Below the pieces are notes generated by a model, which searched no databases, was not told the origin of the DNA, and saw only the letters and a program-made list of their open reading frames with translations. From the NCBI GenBank assembly GCA_964106915.2, contig OZ066923.1: 64,000 nt of DNA; one strand, given 5' to 3'. The stretch's first letter is position 1; each line of letters opens with the position of its first letter. Below are positions 49,534 to 62,328 of this stretch, in pieces. The translations under genes and the position numbers were made by a program. The stretch is from Podarcis gaigeae. Lineage: Eukaryota.

Positions 49534-49597
49534 CTGAAGGTGGAGGGACATCTGTTAATAAAGAGTGAACATCTTCCATTGCATCGGTATCATCAAT
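49534..49597 (-). CDS. C2CD5: C2CD5 exon (IDDTDAMEDVHSLLTDVPPPS)
   Basis: AG/GT boundaries, 64 nt, phase 0-1. Confidence 0.95.
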
Positions 49598-49676
49598 CTG
49601 AAAAAAGACAGTATATAAATTATGTTGTGCACTCTGAAATTGAATTTATCAAGATGAATACAGCATATACTGTATG

Positions 49677-49782
49677 ACATACATACATACAGGTACATAC
49701 AGATACATACAGATACATACATATACATATACATATACGTATATGTATACATATACGTATACGTATACATGCATATACGTAT
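49677..49782. repeat. Compound (CATA)/(TA)/(CGTATA) microsatellite
   Basis: Mostly alternating purine-pyrimidine simple repeat. Confidence 0.85.
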
Positions 49783-51241
49783 AGCCAAGGCTTTTTTGCT
49801 CCTAAAAACATGTTTGGTAACTTCAGTTAGGCTTAAAATCACCATCACAACTAAGTTTGCCCCTGGACAAATTGAGCTGGAATTTAAATGTAACATGCTC
49901 AAGAGAAAGTGTGTTTATGAACACAGCCAAAATCATTTCAACTGGTTTTTCACTCTTCAAGACAATTCAATTGATTTGGGACTATTTTTAAATGCTCATG
50001 ATTATAAAACAACTGTCCATATTTTTTAAAAAAGATATATTTATTTCATAAAGAATAGCTGTGCCAACTTTATAAAAATTTTATTTCCTGATCTGTCGTG
50101 GCACTAGCTGTAGTTTGGGCTGTGAGAGGGAAGGGATGCAAGCAAACAAACCTGCTAAACCAGCCCCTTCTTCAATTTTACCACTGGCACCATATGGATA
50201 CCATTTTCCCCTGGCTCCCTCCACTAAACACCTCCCCTATCTCTCTCCAACATTTCTTAACTGGTGCAGCCAAATCTCCACATTGGACAGAGTGGTAAGG
50301 CAGTTAGGTAAGGGGTGAATAAGAAGGCAAAGACACAAACCCAAAACAAACTTAGTTTTTACTTAAGATTTTTGTGTGAGGTAACAAATTCAGAGTTTTT
50401 AATGTTCTAGAAAAACATTTGTTTTTTAAAAAATAGTTTTGACTAGCTATCCATTAAAGCAAAATACAAATAAGAGAGGAAAAGGCATCCGCTCCCAACT
50501 TTTTGGACCACCAGACAGTAGATGACTGCTCTTTCAGTTTTCATTTCCCTAAACCTGTTAGGTCCCTTAAATATTTTGTTCAATTTTTCCCTTAGCTACT
50601 AAGTTCCTTAGCTGAATCTCTGACCTTGGTTAGAAAGCAGATGCAACAATTTCACCAACCAACCAAAATACAAAATTCTGAACAGCTATATTCCTTCAAT
50701 GTCACAAATAAAGCAATACTTTGGTTAATAATTATCAAAGCAATCTTATCTAGAAATGAAAAAACAGAAGAGCTCAATGAATGCTGAGAATAACAAACAA
50801 CTTATACACTTAGGTCTTCATTGATCAAACAGGAGCTAAAAAATATTTGTTGTAGGCCACTAACCCCTTTCTAGTCTATTTTGGCTGATAGAGCATATCT
50901 GATAATTTGGATAGTTAAACTATAAGTTTGTCACTAAGAATTTTAGAGTTGCCTCTCCTAGGGCTGTTATGTTACCATGAAAATTTTTGAATTCCTGCAA
51001 CTTTTTATTATAGAAAATCAGGCGTGTAAGGCAAACAATCGTATACTTTATGACAGTGGACACCCCCAACTCTCCCCAAGGATTATACTTCATGAAGTAG
51101 AATCTAGTTCACAGTAGCTTGCACCACAATAGATGTGTTAGTGTTTAACAAGAAAGTATTCTTTAATTAGCAACTTTGATATTTTTATACCCTTTAAGTT
51201 CTTCAGAAGGCATGTAGAAGTCTAAACTTTACAGAACATAC

Positions 51242-51379
51242 CTCCAAGACGAAAGCATCTTTTTTCCCATGTGACAGGTCCAATTCTGTAATTTCATCAG
51301 AACTTTCAGACTGTGATCTTAGCACCCTAGTACGCCTTGGTTCTGGAATGGGCGAACCTATAATTTCTTCAGGTGCCTC
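51242..51379 (-). CDS. C2CD5: C2CD5 exon (EAPEEIIGSPIPEPRRTRVLRSQSESSDEITELDLSHGKKDAFVLE)
   Basis: AG/GT boundaries, 138 nt. Confidence 0.95.
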
Positions 51380-52307
51380 CTAAGCAGAACAATGGTATGA
51401 AAACATGTATGCATCCCTTATTTTATTAAATCTCGCTTATTTTAAATGCCACGCCACTATACCCTTCCTCCAAAACAAAGGCAAAAAGTACAGGCACTGC
51501 CCCTTATCATCAGGGCCAAATTCAACACCTTGAAAGGTACAATCTGAAGAAGTGTTGAATAGCATGGATCAGGTCCTAATTCATGCAACGCAGAACTTCT
51601 TCAAAGTGCACCTTTCGATTGCTGGTGCTTCCTCCCTTCCTTGCTTGGCAGTGGATGAAGGGGTGCATGATTTCTGCAGTCTAAAAAAAGCACAGAGGCA
51701 GCATCCCCTAAAGCAGAAATACTGCAGTTCAAGAGCTGAGGAAGCAATAAAGTGTTTGCCTGTTTAACTGTTCCTGTCCGAAGTACCCAACTGAGAACCT
51801 AATGGATGCAGCACCAGCATCTTCTTAGACTAAAGAATCCACCTACAACTTATGCTTTCTCTATGAAATGCAGGGACACTGGGGCTCTGCAGTTTAAAAA
51901 GTTATGTACAGAACTGAGCAGACTGTGGGTTCCTGAGGGTAAGCCAAGGCAGGAAATGAGGAAACCAAGCCTAGACCTACGTTGTGTATCTGGGTTCCTT
52001 GGTATTTTGGCCTTCCTCCTTTACAGAAGCCACCAATTTAGGTTTGAGCTACATCAGGGGGTGAAGGGGCTGGGGAGGAAAGGTTCAGTTGTTCTTGCAA
52101 ACCTCTTTGTATATATGCATTATAATAATAAAAAGAAACCTCCCTCCCCCCAAATTAAAGACTCCCCCACTTGTGCACACGGCTACCTTCTAAGTAAGTT
52201 TCTTTGCTCATGTGCATGATCCATTCTGCATTAGCTAACAGGATATAGATTAGGTATGAACTGTGTATGACTCAGAATTGTTTGAACGGTTCCATAACCT
52301 TGCTTAC

Positions 52308-52472
52308 TGGAGGGTTAATCTCATAAAGCTCCTTATTTTTGGCTATTGTATCATTTATCTTCTTCTGCATGTGTGATATATGTTGTTCGTAAGTGGCGTC
52401 ATTCGGCGTCTTCCCAGCAATTTGAATTCCACCAGGAGATGGTAAAGCAGTCAGGTATACACCTGTGGCAGA
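52308..52472 (-). CDS. C2CD5: C2CD5 exon (SATGVYLTALPSPGGIQIAGKTPND...YEINPP)
   Basis: AG/GT boundaries, 165 nt. Confidence 0.95.
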
Positions 52473-53436
52473 CTTTAAAGAATAAGACAAAAAAAATTGA
52501 AGTGCAATATATATTCATACTTTTTTAAATAAATGCTTTATAAGCATGCATTTCACACTATTTGTTAAATGTCCACTATTTAAACTTGAATCTCACAATC
52601 ACAAATTTTCTAGTAATGTTATACTATTGGAATAACTTCTGGAAGCTTTCCACACTAAACCCATTTGACAGAACATGTAATCCATTCAGCTTTTTAAAAA
52701 GACTAGCAACACAAAAATTTATACATTGTAACAGAAATCGCCTTCATTGTTCATACTTACAATTTTACAAAAACTGCTATAAGCTGGATCTTGCAAGAGT
52801 CTAGAGTGCACTAGCTCTTATATCATCTTTGTGTTTTATATACAAAATACAACGGATAACATAGAAACTGCAGACAAAGCATCTTAAGAACTTAACCAGG
52901 ATGCATCCCATCCTGAACCACAATGAGATTTATTCTGCCAGCAGCCTTCAAGGAACATCCCTAAACGCTGAATCTCAAAGTCTCTGTTTTCATTAGAAAA
53001 CTATGGAGAAGATAAACGGCTGGATCATAGTTCTCATCCTAACATTCACTTTCTTCAGGCGTTCAAAACAAAGTGCAATGCCTCAGCCTGGGTAGGATGA
53101 TGCAGGGGTGTGAACGAATGTGCGGTAATAGTGGGGCTTAGGAGCACACCTCCCAAGCCCATAAATGCTCTTTAGAATGGGTGAAGAGAACTCAAGAATG
53201 CTCCATTCCTGGCTGCAAGACTGTTTCTACCAACAATTATTTAAGAACTTGAAAAACCCTGCTGGATCAGGCAAAAAAGCCCATCTAGTCCAGTCCTGTT
53301 ATCACAATGGCCAATCAGATGTCTATGGGAGGCCTGCAAGCAGGTTGTGAGGACAACAGCTCTCTCCCTACATGTGATTCTCATCAACTGGTATTCAGAG
53401 CATACTGCTTTCCGTATCACACATTAGAAGAAGAAG

Positions 53437-53612
53437 TGTTTGGATTTGATATCCCGCTTTATCACTACCCGAAGGAGTCTCAAAGCGGCTAACATTCTCC
53501 TTTCCCTTCCTCCCCCACAACAAACACTCTGTGAGGTGAGTGAGGCTGAGAGACTTCAGAGAAGTGTGATTAGCCCAAGGCAGCTAACCCAGCAGCTGCA
53601 TGTGGAGGAGAG
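53437..53612 (-). mobile_element. 5'-truncated squamate SINE with an L2-like tail (Squam-type)
   Basis: gatatcccgctttatc..gtctcaaagcggctaaca..acaacaaacactctgtgaggt..cccaagg..cccagc motif order. Confidence 0.6.
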
Positions 53613-54709
53613 AGTTTTGAGCATGAGACTGGAGTCTATGGGAAATGCAGACTGACTCTTTAAGTAGTGACCTTCATTTCTGGTTGGAGAGAGCCACAGT
53701 TGTGTCACCTGCTGATTCTGCCACCTGCCAGTGGCTATTTTCCAGGTTCTCTATAGCCTTGAAAACCTTTAAGTCCATTGAAGTCTGCCATTCCCAAACC
53801 TATAATCTTCCCTCATCCCCAAAAATACATTTAATCAACTAAATACATCTCTTAAATACTACCTTCTCTTTTTGGTGTCATTGTTTATTTATAATAGGTA
53901 CTTTTTATACTGCCCTTCAATCATGTTCCATGGCAGTTTAGAAGAAAGACTAAACGGCACATAATCAAAAAAGCATCACAACTAAGACTAGATTGTACCG
54001 TCCATTTAATTGTGCATTTACCATCATGGAAAAGTATTGAGGCATTCCAGGTGGCTGTTCACCAACTGTGGAGCCCACTTCTCCTAAAGCATGGAAGGCC
54101 AGCTGGCTGCCTGTAGGCCAAATACACCACCTTCTGAGTCAATTCTGTATGCTTTACCGGTACCTTGACCAAGTTTCAATTAAGGCACAGCAAATGCTAT
54201 TCTCATTTAATTGCGATGAAAAGAAAAACTTTTGGTTGCACAAAATGTAAATAGCCCATACTTTGTTACTTTTTTACTTTATTTATAACATGTATTTTTA
54301 CTTTCTTTATAACATGTGTGTAAATAGGACAATGCATGTCCTTGTGTAGAATACTATGCCTGAATGCTTGTGCTCCATAATTTTGGAAGGCCTAACTGCC
54401 GAATAGCGCCAGCTTGATTATAGAGCCTAACTACTTGGTTGTGGAAGATTGCCACTTTCTAGAGAACATAATGGCTACCAATAAGACTTTGCCTGACTAT
54501 CTCAGTCAAAATCTGATCCTCTATAATTTCTAGAAGAAATATTTAAAAAATCCTCTTTGTACTGGCATCCAGTGACCAGGAGTAAGCAGCTATGGGGATA
54601 TTCTAATTGAAATAGAGGTGTTGTTTTCATTATATGGGTTTTATTTTATTTTAACTGCTCTCCAGAAAAGGGAATAAAAGAACCCCAAAATAAATACAGA
54701 AAAACTTAC

Positions 54710-54896
54710 TGCCAAACCCATTAGCATTGTTTCTCCTACTGTGATCTGAATCCTCAGTCCAAAAAGAGCATTCATTCCTTTCAGTTTTAGCTTATTCATC
54801 AGCTGAGTGTGTACTTCATATTCCATAAATGGCAGCAGATTACTGATGGAAGTTGCATTTGCTTCGGCTTGTGCTTTCTTTTTCAGCCGACACAAC
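54710..54896 (-). CDS. C2CD5: C2CD5 exon (LCRLKKKAQAEANATSISNLLPFMEYEVHTQLMNKLKLKGMNALFGLRIQITVGETMLMGLA)
   Basis: AG/GT boundaries, 187 nt, phase 2-0. Confidence 0.96.
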
Positions 54897-55648
54897 CTAA
54901 TGGGATGGACAGTAAAACACAAAGGGTCATGTTCAACTATGTTTTAGTTGGAGTTGTCCCACTGAAATTAATGTATATGACTAAGCTAGGTCCGTTAATT
55001 TCAATGGACCATGAGGAAAACCTAGTTGAATACTATCCAGAGTGGTAAGCCTGGTCTTACATGAAAAGTCTCTTAGCAATGGCTAAGAAGTTTAACACCA
55101 TAAAATGCCCTATTCTATAAAAGCATGATTCCCAAGGCTCCCCACCACAATCAGTGATATGCCAAGCTATAGGTAAAATGGGTTGAAGCTAGCAAAGGTC
55201 TAACAGGTAAACTAGAAGGTCTGAACAAAAACAAAGGACTAGATTAAAAAAACACAGTCTGACAGATGAGTTTTAAAGCTTACCAGCAACAGAATTATGG
55301 GCAGCATTATCTACTAAATATGCAAATTAAAAAAGGGCGAAATGCAAGTTCCACCCAGAAGGGAGTATCGTCAAGTTAAATGGTACCTCCTTCCTAGAAA
55401 ATGTGCTTAAGCTGTAAGAAAAAAAATGATGCGTCAGAAGTAACAAGTTGCTTGTCTTGACAAAAAGCGTCCAGACTAAAATTCATTTTTTGCCTTCCCT
55501 TTTCCAGAGTAGACCTGCTCTTGGTAAAAGGAAACTTTCAGATGCTGTTAAAGGAACCGGCGCTACTAACATTGATAGCTGTACCCTGCTCTTTAAGACA
55601 AACAGAGAGGTCAAAACAGAGAGCAAAGCAAATCTGGCAGAAAGATAC

Positions 55649-55840
55649 CTGGCTTGAATGAGACATCCTTTCCCAACCACCAGTGCATCCACAGGCAAAT
55701 CTATTGTTGTGAAAAGAACATCAGGGACTTTTTGCTTCCTGCAGTTGCAGCAGTAAGTGAGGTGAGCAGGGAATGGCATGTTGAGCTCATCGTATGGTAT
55801 GTGGCAAAAGCCACAACCCAGAGGTGATGTTTCCTCTAAC
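55649..55840 (-). CDS. C2CD5: C2CD5 exon (LEETSPLGCGFCHIPYDELNMPFPAHLTYCCNCRKQKVPDVLFTTIDLP...GKGCLIQAR)
   Basis: AG/GT boundaries, 192 nt, phase 2-2. Confidence 0.96.
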
Positions 55841-58235
55841 CTAAAAAATGAGATTGTGAGACATCTAATATTACCATTCAGACACCATCTTGTGAAATAT
55901 AAATATTGTATTTTGCTGTGTGTGTTTTTTTAAAAAACTGACCCATGCAGGCACTAACAGAACCCGTACATTGTGGTGGTCAACTTTTGTTCTCTTTTTA
56001 TGGTTCTTGCAACTGATTAAGCTGGTAAACAGTCACACACCTGTCACCTGTAGTGAGTCAAAATTGCCTTCAAGAGATCAGGCAGGGACGCTGTATAAAA
56101 GTTTGTTCTCCTCCCTCCTTCCTTTTTAAGATATGCTTGTATATGCAAGGTAAGGCTGGAATACATGGGAACTAATGGTAGAATACTTGATTTTATCAAT
56201 GTTAAAAGTCAAGCTTCTATAGAGTTACAGTCTTAACAAGAATATAAAAGCTCAGTACAATGAAAAAACCAAGTTGCATAAATCAGAGGGACAACTGCAA
56301 CACAGTACTGTAATAAGATGGACTGTTTTGATTAGAATGAGCAAATATATGGCTGTGGCTTTGCCTTTGTCTTAACAAAAAGACCTGACTGTACCCCGAG
56401 GGCTCTTGTTTTTGGAACATAACACTCAGAGAGTTTGGGCACCTCTAGAACAGGTTCTGGCAGTTTGAATTTCAGCAGAGATAGAATGCATGAGAGCAGT
56501 GAGTCAGCAAAAGGCAAAAGACCTTGGGGTGCAATTGTTCTCTTTGGGAGTCTGATGCAGGATTAACAGTTGTGCTGCCTCCTCTAGGAGTCTGTTTTGC
56601 TTGTTCTATACTCTGCCCGTATCTTTGTAAATAAAACTCATTATGGTAAGAACACCTAACGTCATTTTCCTGATCCAAAGAAAACCCATAATACTACCCC
56701 ATTACTTCTTACCTCTTGGGGAAATAGGGAGCACCTAAACGTATGTATTGTCTCATGTTTCTGACAGCTGCAGCGTAATCTGAACATGGAGAGCTACTGT
56801 TTGCAAATCTCAAAATATTCTGCACTGAATATTTCATAGAAAGGTGGGATATATGTTTTGGGGATAAGCAAATGAAATCACAGGACATGGTAGTTTATAT
56901 TGTTATCTGCACATATAACACCTTATCCCTCTTCTTTATTTTTAAACTACCACACATCTTCCCTGTACCTTGCACTGATAGGATTTTTCAGCTGAGCAAG
57001 TGGACCAATTTGATGCTTTCGGCATAAAAAAACTGGAATTCTGATAACACAATTTGCATATGAAAGCTTCATCATAAAAACAACTGGGTACAACCCAAGC
57101 AGCAAAAGTTAGACGTAAAACACCTTCCCTTCAGAAGCACTGAAACAAACTCATCGGTCTAATGGAAGGGATGGATTGCATAAACAACAGCTTTAAAATA
57201 AAATTCAACAAGAACATCTCTTGCAATAGAGCCCACTGAAAAGAACAGCATATACACATATAATATTCAAAACGTGGTGCTTACCATCTTTGTATTTATC
57301 TGATACTCTTTTATATACTGGGGGAGGGATAACAATATATACTCTTTTATGAGGGCACAGAGGGGAAATGGTTAGGTGCAGACATAATGCTTTTGATCCC
57401 TAACAATGAACTGGGTTAAGATGTACTTTATTTAAGTAAAAGTTTAATTCACTAATATTTGCAAGGCAAGATGAAGGAACAAGGGGGAGGGGGAATGTAC
57501 CAAGATGCAATGATGTAACAACAGATATACATTACAGTATTTTATAGGCCTGCAGGGAGGCAGGGGAAATACTGGCTTCTGGGAGAAAGTGGGAACTGCC
57601 TTCTAGTCTAACCTCAAGCCGAAACCTTTTATCAATACAGCCTGCTTCCTAGTGGATAGTGTGGAAAGCACCTGTGTCCTAAACCACTAGATGGTGCCAA
57701 GTTGAAGAATGAGTTGTGCTTCAATACCATCAACTCTAGCCGATTTTCTCAGGCTTAATACCTCTAACGTTTCATGAACTTTAGTTGACATTTTTAAAGA
57801 GTTAAATTTACCAATGCCCATTCAAAAGATTTCGTCAATATTTCAAGAGAGGCAAATTGCCACATGATACATTTATCATCAAGCTTATGCAGTGAAACGA
57901 CACAGGGGGTCACTTGTATGCAGTGTGCTATGAGAAGCAGAATAGGAAGGAGTGGCAAAGAGGAAGAAAAGATTTGCATTATGTGGTTAGTAGTCAAATG
58001 TGTTACCTTGCTGAGGCTGTTAGAAATTTGAAAACAATAAGGCTAGAGATTTGGTGCAGAGCTCCACAACTTCTGTTGTTGTTAGTGAAAAATCAGTAAA
58101 GTGGTTGGCTCCGCATCCTGTACTGTAACACTGGTAACCTACCCTAATAGAGAAGAACTATCCTGGTTTTGAGGAAAAAAATCAACCTCTCCCTTCTCTG
58201 ACCCTATGGAAAAGTAGCCAGGCTGCCATGACAAC

Positions 58236-58331
58236 CTTTGTTCCAAACAGACTTCCGTGGTGCCATCCTGGAGAAACCTAGGGTTCAGTACAGCTGCCGT
58301 GCCAGATGCAGACAAAATACAGACCTCTTCA
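58236..58331 (-). CDS. C2CD5: C2CD5 exon (EEVCILSASGTAAVLNPRFLQDGTTEVCLEQR); alternative donor at 58143
   Basis: ctgtag acceptor, AG|GTTGTC donor, 96 nt, phase 2-2. Confidence 0.93.
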
Positions 58332-58862
58332 CTACAGAAAAGAAAAGAAGATGATAAAGCCACATTTTTGATTATATGCATTTTTAAGCATCCTATTTAG
58401 TAAAAGTCAAAACAACAATTATGAAACCAATTCAGAGCAAACCCTTTTGGAGCTGTATAGCCCAAGTTGAAGAATATAGTTACAGGATTCAGGAAAGGTG
58501 AGGCAGCCCTCTGCAGCCAGCAGGACTGCACTCTGTTCTCATCAACAGATGATTGGCAGGTGTCTATCACACCCACCCAATCCAAGTTGGCCCATAGGGG
58601 AGATAAAGATCTGACCCACTGGGCCAAAAAGGCTCCCCACTTCTATTCTACCAATATACACTAGAACTGTTGCTGGCGTATTTTCCCAAACACGTTGAAT
58701 GAGTGAACTTTTACTGCTGTGAAGTTTAGAGATAGTTGGCCACCCAGTTCAAAAAGAAGACATTTCTTTCCAAGCAGCATTGATCAAAGAATGATCTGGG
58801 GACAAGAGAACACATAAAATCCTCCCATAGGTTGTGAAGCCTAAGCAAGGGTGCACTATAAA

Positions 58863-59236
58863 AAAAAGGTAAAAGACCCCTGACAGTTAAATCCAGTCGC
58901 AGATGACTCTGGGTTGTGGCACTCTTCTCGCTTTACAGGCCAAGGGAACTGGCGTTTGTCCGCAGACAGTTTTTCCAGGTCATGTGGCCAGCATGACTAA
59001 GCCGCTTCTGGCACAACGGAACACCGAAACCAGAGCAGCACACAGAAACGCAGTTTACCTTCTGCCGGAGCGGTACCTATTTATCTACTTGCACTTTTTT
59101 TGCGTGCTTTCAAACTGCTAGGTTGAAAAGAGCTGGGACCAAGCAACGGGAGCTCACCCCGTCGCGGGGATTCGAACCGCCAACCTTCTGATCGGCAAGC
59201 CCAAGAGGCTCAGTGGTTGAGACCACAGCGCCACCC
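58863..59236 (-). mobile_element. Sauria SINE
   Basis: SINE body; 12-bp TSD agggtgcactat. Confidence 0.93.
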
Positions 59237-59805
59237 TAGGGTGCACTATGTTCTCCTGTAAATACAAGGATCTAATTAATTGTTCTGCTCCATCTACAAG
59301 AAACAGCAGTCAATACCAGAGTAATGGAAGCTTCCTACAGTTCTGTTGCTATATTTATTTATTCAATTATTCCACTGATTTATAGACCAATTAATATTTT
59401 TTCAAAAATCTAAGTGATTTTGAAAGTAAAAAACGTAAAACTGCAAGGTTTAGATTAAAAATAACAACACAAAAAGACATTATCACTGTAAAGAATCCAG
59501 AACCAGAATACTGAAACAAACTAGCAAGCAGTGCAGTCTAAAAAACAAGAGTCAGGAAATGCCTGAATAAATAGGTTTTTAATAGGCATCTGAAACACAT
59601 CACAGTGATGCATCTTTGGCATGCGCCAGAAAGGGTGTCCCTGCCTCTCTGCCTGTTTTCTGCACCATTGTCTGAAGCATTCTCACTGCCTATCTCAGCT
59701 TTGCCTACACACTGCTTCCTGCAGTAATTTCTTCTCCTTCCACACATGCAGCTTGTATGATTCAGGACTCATTTCAAAAGCATTACAAAAATATAAGTGA
59801 TTTAC

Positions 59806-59920
59806 CAAATGCTAGTTGATTCACTGTAGCCCACTACAGCATGACACCCCAGTGCCTTTGCATGGGATTTAATTTCTTGTCGTATTTCGGCCCACCATGC
59901 ATCTCGTGTCTCTGGGTCAT
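59806..59920 (-). CDS. C2CD5: C2CD5 exon (DPETRDAWWAEIRQEIKSHAKALGCHAVVGYSESTSIC); no further upstream exon recognised in the window
   Basis: AG/GT boundaries, 115 nt, phase 1-2. Confidence 0.96.
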
Positions 59921-60699
59921 CTGAAAGATAAAGCAAAAATCAGTCACTGTTCTGCACTAACACAAGTCTGTAAAACTTTGTGGCTAAAGATCAAGAATAA
60001 TTTAGCTTTCAAGCTGTCACAAGCGCCTGACAACTTTGTTTTTGCTTCCTATCAGCCTATCTGTATACTGATTAGGTAACCTTGCTTATTCCTTTGTAGT
60101 GCTGATTTCATGAACTGAAACCTTGTTGATTCACTTGACTTCTTTAATTCTTAGAAAAACACAAGATTTCACAACATTGCCTGCACAGGGGAACGTTGTG
60201 GCTATGAGCTACACTCATTTCCTATCTAACCTTATATGTGCGTATTTATTTCTTGACTAAAATAGAGCAGTAGCCTCTGCAACCAGGATCTACCTCAAAT
60301 CCCACTGTAAGGACATCTGTAGTCACCAAATCATAATGTTAAAGAGATCACACTCATTGTGGTTTCCTCCCTCTCTGGGCATCACTTTCAAAAACTCCAT
60401 AGTCAGGATACCAAGAAATGTGGAGCTTAACGCTTGTTGTTCGTGTATAGAAGCCCCCATTGCTATATGTAATTCTCCATCGATGGTGTTTTGTTTTTCG
60501 AATACACCCTGAGAGCAAAAATCATAAAACTTTTTGTCAGTCTTCTACAACTCCATATTCCAGGTAGTCCTTCTCCCTCAGCCTCTGGTCATAGCCAATA
60601 GCCACCCTCTTGCCCATTAGGGCAAAATAAGGACCTCACTTCTAGGTCCTTAACTATGACAATGTGTAAATTGCCATGTTTAGGCCTTCCTTTCTTAAC

Positions 60700-62000
60700 A
60701 GTGTGAGAGGGAAAATCAGTGTTTTGACCCTTACAGCATTTGAGGCATGCACACAGCGTCAGAGGTCAAAATGATCCTGCACAAAGCTGCTTATAATTTT
60801 AGTTGTTGGCCATAGCTGCAGATGCTTAGCCCAGAAATTATTCTGTCCACCAGAAAGGAGCATAGAGGATGAAATGTTCTGTCTATTTTCGTAACAGACT
60901 AATCAGTAACTCAACTTCTACCAACATCACAGATGGGATCAAGGGTCAATAGCACCCCCACAGGTGTACTAAGCCACTTTATAACCCTGAATTGTTTAAC
61001 CCCACCCCTCAATTAGAACTTTTCTTGTGAAAAAGCAAAACCATTTCTGTATCATAGCTATTTTTGTGCAAAACTAAATAACCTTGTTTTGGGGGTCACT
61101 GAGACCCCAACTGCAGGCAACCAGCACCCTCACTTCTGTAGGTGGCAAGACAGTACAGGACCTTTAGATGCCCATTTTTCTCTATACATAGAACCATCTC
61201 TGCAAAATGTTTTTCTGATGATTTCTAGGGCACAATGTCACTGGCCTCCTTAAAAAGAAAGAATGAAGTTCGCAAACTGAAGACAAGTTTCAGTACTGAA
61301 CTACAGGTGTGAGAGACAAGCTTACCCTTGTGTGTGGCCTATGGGATACATTTAATAACACTCACACACAATATTTCATTATTACATATGATAATGTAAT
61401 AACTGGTGAAAAATTAGTGCCATGCAAAGAAAGATGTCCAATGGGGCAGGATATGCCATCCAAATTCACAAAGTATGGCATAAAACTCTGGCTGTGTTGC
61501 AATTCCAAAACATCATGCTTATGATACAGATATGTATATATAAGCGGGGACTGGAGAACAGTAGCCAGACAGTAGTCAAGAAACAAGCAACACAGGATTT
61601 ACAGGATTATGGATGAAATATAAACAATAAACAGCCAGGGGATTGGTGCGAAAAACCTGAATCTGGGTGGCTCAGTGAAAAAACAAACAAACCAGAAATT
61701 CCCCCCAAGTTCCTTGCCCACAAATCCTGAAGTGTCAACAGCAACATATTTTGGCTTTCAAGATTTGACACTTTTCAGTCATAGGCTAACTATGTAGTAC
61801 TCTCAGATCAGAATTTTAAGCTTGAGACCATTCTGTATTGTATTAAATTAAAGGTGGCATAGATGCCTGTGACCAGATTGTTTTCGTACACAGTTCCACA
61901 TGTATGATTAAACTGTGGCTGATGGTGCTTAAATATATGGTGGACACTCACTGCTTATGTCTGGAAACTGAACAACCCACTGTAGTGTGAGTATCCTGAA
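60700..62000 (+). mobile_element. Decayed piggyBac transposon / transposase fossil
   Basis: 61380-61520 translates ..TGEKLVPCKERCPMGQDMPSKFTKYGIKLWLCCNSKTS, similar to the piggyBac [29 protein letters not shown] motif; repeated (G)GGTCA..TGACCC-type subterminal motifs at 60720-61110; boundaries approximate. Confidence 0.7.
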
Positions 62001-62291
62001 AAATCCCCTTGTGGCTGATCTAATTCTAAAGTTCATCAACCTCTGCTCTAAGTCTAGATATGTAGCTAGCTTGCTTGGGGCAGTCTCAGAACTGGTAAAT
62101 CATTTGTCTGGCCTACTCTTACGAGTTGTGAAAAGTGGTGCTTTCTGCTTAGGCTGCTCAGTTATCATGCACCATGGTTACAAAGTCTGCTCACTTACCT
62201 GGGAGTAAGACCTATTGAATTCAATAGAACTTACTTCTGAGCAGACATGGTTAGGATTGCCCTGTTATTAATTTAGAAGAAATTATAAACC

Positions 62292-62328
<37 letters not shown>
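62292..62328. repeat. (TAT)n microsatellite
   Basis: ~12 units. Confidence 0.9.

Noticed and set aside
60350-60510. Exon-like open stretch after an AG on the minus strand
   Set aside because: No frame resembles the C2CD5 sequence I recall, and there is no convincing donor
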